DNA of 62,382 nucleotides, filler included. It is 5 parts of 5 records of this genome, joined end to end, with 100 filler letters (N's around TTAATTAATTAA, not from the genome) between each part and the next. Parts side by side here need not be neighbours in the genome. Positions count along the whole stretch, not along the records: positions 38,300 to 62,382 come from SRR31156797_3900; 4 more parts are not named here. One strand, written 5' to 3'. Below, piece by piece: positions 56,925-62,382 of the stretch; the stretch's first letter is position 1, and every line of letters begins with the position of its first letter. The notes under the pieces were generated by a model, which ran no database searches, was not told the origin of the DNA, and saw nothing but the letters and a program-made list of their open reading frames with translations. A program made the position numbers and the translations under genes.

Positions 56925-57971
56925 ATGAAATCTTTGCCCCATATCGGTATTACCATGGGCGATCCGTCGGGAATCGGTCCAGAGATCATCGTTATGGCAC
57001 TGGCCGACCCGATGCTTTATACGGTCTGTCGCCCCCTGGTTCTGGGCGACGGTTCCGTTCTCATGGATACCATTTTGAGAATGGCGAAAACACCCCTTGA
57101 ATCCCTTGTAAAGAGTGTGACCACCCATAACATTTCGACACCTGCCCAGGCCATGGGCAAGCCGGGTGTAATTGATTTGATCCCCCTGTCGGACTTGGGT
57201 TCGGGGACCATGGTACCGGGTAGACCCGTGGTGGCGGGGGGGAAGGCCATGGTGGACTATATCCTGCGGGCCGTGGACATGGCGGTTCAAAATGAAATAC
57301 AGGGGATGGTGACCGCTCCCATCAGCAAAGTGCTCATGTATCGGGCAGGATATCGGTATGACGGGCATACCCAGCTCATTGCCCATGAAACGAACGCCGA
57401 AGATTATGTAATGATGCTGGCAGGGACTAAACTCCGGGTGGTATTGGTGACCATCCATTGCGCTCTCAAGGCCGTTCCTGATCTTCTGGACCAAGATGGG
57501 GTATACAAAACCATTCTGATCACGGCCAAAGCCCTGAAGGAAGACCTGGGATTTTCGAGACCGCGCTTGGCGGTGGCTGCCCTGAATCCCCATGGGGGTG
57601 AAGAAGGGCTCTTTGGCGTTGAAGAGCGGGAAATTATTACGCCGGCCATCTCCCGGGCGCGTGAGCAGGGCATTGATGTGGAAGGGCCGTTTCCCGCGGA
57701 CACCCTGTTTAACCAGGCTGCTGCCGGTCGTTATGAAGCGGTTGTGGCCATGTACCATGATCAGGGGCTGATACCTTTGAAATTACTTCATTTTTCCGAT
57801 GCGGTCAATGTGACCCTGGGCCTGCCCATTATCAGAACTTCGGTGGACCATGGTACCGCCTATGATATTGCGGGGACCGGCCGGGCCGACCCTTCAAGCC
57901 TCAAGGCCGCCATCCTCATGGCCGCCGAGATGGTGAAAAACAGAAGTGCCTCAGCCGGGATCCGGAATTGA
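56925..57971 (+). CDS. pdxA: 4-hydroxythreonine-4-phosphate dehydrogenase
   Basis: [50 protein letters not shown]. Confidence 0.93.
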   Translation: MKSLPHIGITMGDPSGIGPEIIVMALADPMLYTVCRPLVLGDGSVLMDTILRMAKTPLESLVKSVTTHNISTPAQAMGKPGVIDLIPLSDLGSGTMVPGRPVVAGGKAMVDYILRAVDMAVQNEIQGMVTAPISKVLMYRAGYRYDGHTQLIAHETNAEDYVMMLAGTKLRVVLVTIHCALKAVPDLLDQDGVYKTILITAKALKEDLGFSRPRLAVAALNPHGGEEGLFGVEEREIITPAISRAREQGIDVEGPFPADTLFNQAAAGRYEAVVAMYHDQGLIPLKLLHFSDAVNVTLGLPIIRTSVDHGTAYDIAGTGRADPSSLKAAILMAAEMVKNRSASAGIRN

Positions 57972-57972
57972 C

Positions 57973-60786
57973 ATGTCCATCGACACCCTTAAAATCCGAG
58001 GCGCCCGCCAGCACAATCTCAAAGATATTTCCGTTGATATTCCCCGGAATCGTTTTGTGGTGATTACGGGGCTTTCCGGTTCTGGCAAATCGTCCCTCGC
58101 TTTCGATACCATCTATGCCGAGGGACAGCGGCGGTATGTGGAGTCTCTTTCCGCTTACGCCAGACAGTTTCTGGAGCAGATGGACAAACCGGATGTGGAC
58201 GCCATCGAGGGCCTTTCCCCGGCCATTTCCATTGAACAACGCGGGTTCAGCCGAAACCCCCGTTCAACCGTGGGGACGGTTACGGAAATATACGACTACA
58301 TGCGGGTTTTTTTTGCACGGGTGGGGCAGCCCTATTGTCCGGAGTGCGGCATTGAGATCAGCTCGCAAACCATCCAGCAGATTGTGGACCAGATTCTGGC
58401 TTGGGAAGAAGGGGGCCGGATTCAAATCATGGCACCCCTGATGGAAAATCGAAAAGGCGAACATCTGCGGTTACTCCAGGGGCTTCGAAAAGACGGGTTC
58501 ACCCGGGTGAGAATTGATGGGGAAGTGCATCTTTTAGATGAGGATATTCTCTTACAGAAGAATCAAAAGCATACGATCCAGGTGGTGGTGGACCGTTTGG
58601 TGGTTAAAGGGGATATTCAGCGGCGTTTAACGGATTCCATGGAATTGACACTTTCCCTGGGCCATGGAAGGGCAGTGGTGGAGGTGTTGGGATCGGGGGA
58701 TGTCTTCTTCAATCAGAAGGCGGCATGCCCCAAATGCGGTCTCAGTATGCCGGAATTAACGCCACAAATGTTTTCGTTTAACAATCCCGCAGGTGCGTGT
58801 CCGGAATGCAGTGGCTTGGGTACAAAGCGGGCCTTTGACCCGGCGTTGGTTGTTTCCAACCCCGCCCTTTCTCTGCCGGATGGTGCGATCACCGCATGGC
58901 CCAAGCGCTTCGCCGGGTACTACCAGCAGATGCTCGCTGCCGTGCTGGACCATTACGGCATTGAGCGGAATCGACCTTTCAAGGATATCCCGGTTGACAT
59001 CCAGGAGGTGATTCTGTTTGGTTCCGGCAGGGAAAAAATCCCCTTTGAATTCAAAACAGCCCGTCGAAAACATTCGCGGAACCGTCCCTTCGAAGGGGTG
59101 ATTTCAAATCTTGAACGTCGTTATCGTGAGACCAACTCTTATCGTGTGCGTTATGAAATCGAAAAGTTCATGAGCATTCGGCCCTGTTCCGTTTGTCAGG
59201 GCGCCAGACTGAAGGACACCAGTCTGGCGGTCCGCGTGGGAGATAAGTGCATTCATGAACTCACGTCCCTTTCCGTAGACGGGGCATATGGATTTTTTGA
59301 GGGTTTGGCGCTGGGCTCCAGGGAAAAAGTGATTGCCAAGGGTGTGCTGAAGGAAATCAAGGAACGTTTGGGCTTTTTAAGGAGCGTCGGCCTTGATTAT
59401 CTGACACTTGACCGTGCTTCCGGTACCCTGTCGGGGGGAGAGGACCAGCGGATTCGACTGGCCACGCAGATCAGTTCCAGGCTGGCCGGGGTGCTCTATG
59501 TACTGGATGAGCCGAGCATCGGTTTGCATCAGCGGGATAACATGAGGCTGCTTGAGAACCTGAAGCAGTTGAAGGAATTGGGGAATACGGTTCTTGTGGT
59601 GGAGCATGACGCGGAAACCATCCTCATGGCGGACCATGTCATCGATATGGGACCCGGTGCGGGAATACGGGGAGGGGACGTGGTCTTCAGCGGGCCACCC
59701 GGTGCATTGGTTGGGTCGCAGGATTCTCTCACGGGGCAGTATCTTTCCGGGCGGCGGACCATCCCGGTTCCCGCAGCCAGAAGAAAGGGGAACGGCAATG
59801 CTCTTTTGATTAAGGGCGCAAGACTTAACAATTTGAAGAACATTTCAGCCAGAATTCCCCTTGCGACCTTCACTTGTGTAACCGGTGTGTCCGGATCCGG
59901 AAAGAGCAGCCTGATCAACGGTATTTTGTATCCGGCGCTCAGTCGTCATCTTTATAATGCCAAGGCCCCGGTGGGGCCTTTGGATGCGCTAACGGGAATA
60001 AAACACCTGGATAAAGTGATCAATATCGACCAAAGTCCCATCGGCCGGACCCCCCGCTCGAATCCGGCGACCTATACCGGGGCATTCACCCATATTCGGG
60101 ACCTTTTTTCCATGTTGCCGGAATCCAGGGCCAGAGGATATAAACCCGGCCGTTTCAGCTTTAACGTAAAGGGCGGGCGATGCGAAGCCTGCAAGGGGGA
60201 CGGCATCAACCGGATTGAAATGCATTTTCTGCCGGATGTCTATGTCACCTGCGAAGTTTGCGGGGGGTTGCGCTACAACCGGGACACCCTTGAAATCAAA
60301 TACAAGGGGCACAGCATCGCGGACATCCTGAGCATGACCGTGAATCAGGCCCTGGCTTTTTTTGAGGCCATTCCGCCCATTCAAAAAAAATTGAAGACCC
60401 TGGTGGATGTGGGGGTGGGGTATATCAAACTGGGACAGCAGGCCACCACCCTTTCAGGGGGTGAAGCGCAACGGATTAAACTCTCCAGGGAATTGAGCAA
60501 ACGAAGCACGGGAAAAACACTCTATTTGCTGGATGAGCCGACCACCGGGCTCCATTTTGCCGATATCGAGAAGCTGTTGGAGGTATTAAACAGACTGGTG
60601 GAGCGAAAAAATACGGTTGTGGTCATAGAGCACAACCTGGATGTGGTCAAAGGCGCCGATCATGTGATCGACCTGGGCCCTGAAGGGGGTGCAGGGGGCG
60701 GGCAGGTGGTGGCGGCGGGTACACCTGAAGCCATTTCAAAAATAGATTCGTCTTATACCGGCCAATATCTGAAAAAGATCCTTTAA
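57973..60786 (+). CDS. uvrA: Excinuclease ABC subunit A
   Basis: [48 protein letters not shown], zinc fingers. Confidence 0.98.
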   Translation: MSIDTLKIRGARQHNLKDISVDIPRNRFVVITGLSGSGKSSLAFDTIYAEGQRRYVESLSAYARQFLEQMDKPDVDAIEGLSPAISIEQRGFSRNPRSTVGTVTEIYDYMRVFFARVGQPYCPECGIEISSQTIQQIVDQILAWEEGGRIQIMAPLMENRKGEHLRLLQGLRKDGFTRVRIDGEVHLLDEDILLQKNQKHTIQVVVDRLVVKGDIQRRLTDSMELTLSLGHGRAVVEVLGSGDVFFNQKAACPKCGLSMPELTPQMFSFNNPAGACPECSGLGTKRAFDPALVVSNPALSLPDGAITAWPKRFAGYYQQMLAAVLDHYGIERNRPFKDIPVDIQEVILFGSGREKIPFEFKTARRKHSRNRPFEGVISNLERRYRETNSYRVRYEIEKFMSIRPCSVCQGARLKDTSLAVRVGDKCIHELTSLSVDGAYGFFEGLALGSREKVIAKGVLKEIKERLGFLRSVGLDYLTLDRASGTLSGGEDQRIRLATQISSRLAGVLYVLDEPSIGLHQRDNMRLLENLKQLKELGNTVLVVEHDAETILMADHVIDMGPGAGIRGGDVVFSGPPGALVGSQDSLTGQYLSGRRTIPVPAARRKGNGNALLIKGARLNNLKNISARIPLATFTCVTGVSGSGKSSLINGILYPALSRHLYNAKAPVGPLDALTGIKHLDKVINIDQSPIGRTPRSNPATYTGAFTHIRDLFSMLPESRARGYKPGRFSFNVKGGRCEACKGDGINRIEMHFLPDVYVTCEVCGGLRYNRDTLEIKYKGHSIADILSMTVNQALAFFEAIPPIQKKLKTLVDVGVGYIKLGQQATTLSGGEAQRIKLSRELSKRSTGKTLYLLDEPTTGLHFADIEKLLEVLNRLVERKNTVVVIEHNLDVVKGADHVIDLGPEGGAGGGQVVAAGTPEAISKIDSSYTGQYLKKIL

Positions 60787-60890
60787 GTTTCAGGTTCCTT
60801 ACAATCTTACGGCGTAGTGCTGAAACTCCTTTTGCTCATGTTAGGGCCTCTGTTTGACAACTATCGTTTTATAATATTTTGCCTTCTGTT

Positions 60891-61232
60891 TCATCCCATC
60901 CAAACAAACCACTGCGGGTCCACTTTTCCTGCCAGCCAAAATAGCAGCATCCCCACTACCACCGTTCCACCCAATGACTGCGTCCACCATGCAAAAACAA
61001 ACGTCGGCAAGGCCACCCACAACTCAGGCCGCAGAAGGTCGAGATATCTGTCCCCCCCGTCGAGGATTAAAGCCGGCAGCAGCAGAGCGCTGAGAATGGC
61101 GGCCGGTATCAGTTCCAACCACTGGATGAACCATTCCGGGAGAGATCGCCGGGAGAGATAGTGCAAGGGTAGCCAGCGGGGCAGGTAGGTCGCCAGGCCC
61201 ATTCCCAAAAGAAGTAACAGGTAATCAGCCAT
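60891..61232 (-). CDS. azlD: AzlD-family branched-chain amino acid exporter small subunit
   Basis: TYLPRWLP, IPAAILSALL; overlaps the azlC stop. Confidence 0.82.
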   Translation of the reverse strand: MADYLLLLLGMGLATYLPRWLPLHYLSRRSLPEWFIQWLELIPAAILSALLLPALILDGGDRYLDLLRPELWVALPTFVFAWWTQSLGGTVVVGMLLFWLAGKVDPQWFVWMG

Positions 61233-61950
61233 TGTTCGGATTATTCCTTATCATTTTCCGTTGGATGATGACCCCCACTGTAGCGGCGGCAATGGAGGCG
61301 ATGACGATATGGGTATTGCCTGGAATCATTAGGGCCAGGCCCACAGCCGTTAATCCGGCAATCACGGCAGTTAACAGGTGGATCAGATTTCTGATTTGGT
61401 AGATCAGCAGGCAGATAAACATGGCGATGAGGGCATAATCGATACCCAGTGCCCCTTCAGGGATAAAGCGGCCTCCGATGCCACCCGCCACGGTACTGAT
61501 GAACCAGGTCAGGTTGGCAGCGTGATTGACCACCAGTGCTCTGTCAAGACACCAGGTACGGGCATTGAAACGGGGCAGATTGACGGCAAAACTTTCGTCC
61601 GTTACGCCATAAGCGTACAATGCGAGCAACCCCCGGTGGGCGGCCCGCAAATAGACAGCCAAGGCCGAGCTCATCAGCACATGGCGTAAATTGACTACAA
61701 AGGTAGTGGTGATGATGGCCGGCGCCGAGGCCCCGCCGGCCAGCATGGCGACGGCAATAAATTGGGCGCTGCCGGCAAAGACCATGATGGACATCAGGCC
61801 GATCTGGAGGGGTGTGAGTCCGGCCTTTTGGGCCAAAACCCCGAATGCCATACCGATGGGCAGGTAACCCAGGCAGATGGGCCATCCGGCGTTCAACCCC
61901 TCTTTAAGGATTGTTGACCTGGCAGCAGATGAAGTAGACGTCACACTCAA
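61225..61950 (-). CDS. azlC: AzlC-family branched-chain amino acid exporter
   Basis: GYLPIGMAFG, FAGSAQF, VNLRH, TDESFA. Confidence 0.9.
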   Translation of the reverse strand: MSVTSTSSAARSTILKEGLNAGWPICLGYLPIGMAFGVLAQKAGLTPLQIGLMSIMVFAGSAQFIAVAMLAGGASAPAIITTTFVVNLRHVLMSSALAVYLRAAHRGLLALYAYGVTDESFAVNLPRFNARTWCLDRALVVNHAANLTWFISTVAGGIGGRFIPEGALGIDYALIAMFICLLIYQIRNLIHLLTAVIAGLTAVGLALMIPGNTHIVIASIAAATVGVIIQRKMIRNNPNNG

Positions 61951-62111
61951 ATACCTCGATATAATTGGGCGTTTCAGGTTACATTATGACATTTGTTAAG
62001 CGAGCCCATACGGTTCAGAAGGCGGCCGCAGAAAATATGTCACGACCGCTTTTTGAAAAGCGTACTGCATTTATCAATAACGCACTATTAACAAAAATTT
62101 GGAGGTATGTC

Positions 62112-62300
62112 ATGGCTTCTCGATCAGGGCGAGGTGGCTACAGGGGAAAACCAAAACCCAAACTGTCTGAGCCTCTCAAACGTGTACCGGTTAATACTCG
62201 AATCCAGAAATGGATGCTTGATCAGTTAAAAGAAGGAGAGGTCGGATATCTTTTGGAAGAAATCTTGATTCAATCCGGTTTCCGTTATTGTGAAAAGTAA
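62112..62300 (+). CDS. Small basic ribbon-helix-helix-like protein
   Basis: RBS GGAGG; GRGGYRGKPKP then KRVPVNTRIQKWMLDQLK (strand-helix pattern). Confidence 0.5.
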   Translation: MASRSGRGGYRGKPKPKLSEPLKRVPVNTRIQKWMLDQLKEGEVGYLLEEILIQSGFRYCEK

Positions 62301-62382
62301 GGCCGCCTACCCAACATACCCAAAAAATCAAATAAAACTATCGGAATTGCCTGGGTGTAAATCACGGCTGTTGGAGAGTTCC

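Noticed and set aside
1-62382. CRISPR arrays, rRNA, transposases, integrases or phage genes
   Set aside because: No regularly spaced repeats or recognisable motifs for these were seen by eye.

Overview
The window is five unrelated contigs joined by 100-nt N linkers that carry TTAATTAATTAA, so no gene context crosses a linker. (1) 1-9804, Desulfobacterales-like: a minus-strand cluster with a truncated methyl-THF:corrinoid methyltransferase (AcsE/MT2-like, missed by the ORF track), a YheO/DauR PAS-HTH regulator, a CaiT-like BCCT carrier, an M24 metallohydrolase, a threonine-synthase-like PLP enzyme, RidA, a non-pyrrolysine MttB-family methyltransferase, an Asp/Glu racemase and YkvI. It looks like an uncharacterised anaerobic pathway for an N-methylated amino-acid derivative. 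(2) 9905-17686, low-GC Clostridia-like: DAK2/FakA, a solute-binding lipoprotein, TetR plus MATE with a shared operator, and purE-purC-purF with a PurBox. (3) 17787-27278, probably spirochaete: LacI-regulated sugar ABC genes with a GH151-like fucosidase and a PHP hydrolase, plus an RlmI-like methyltransferase. (4) 27379-38199, Desulfobacteraceae-like: tRNA-Ser fragment, argS, SPOR protein, gatCA, mutL, an FG-GAP protein and a major outer-membrane protein. (5) 38300-62382, Desulfobacterota: ArsR plus metal permease, AOR plus two MoaD-like proteins, acyl-CoA genes, a radical SAM enzyme, pdxA, uvrA and azlCD. Best leads: the MttB/BCCT cluster; a probable C-terminal selenocysteine (UGA-G-C followed by a SECIS-like hairpin) in the metal permease; a tandem Hfq/Sm-like protein; and an EpeE/YydG-like radical SAM enzyme with no visible precursor peptide. 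All family calls come from reading motifs by eye; no database searches were run.
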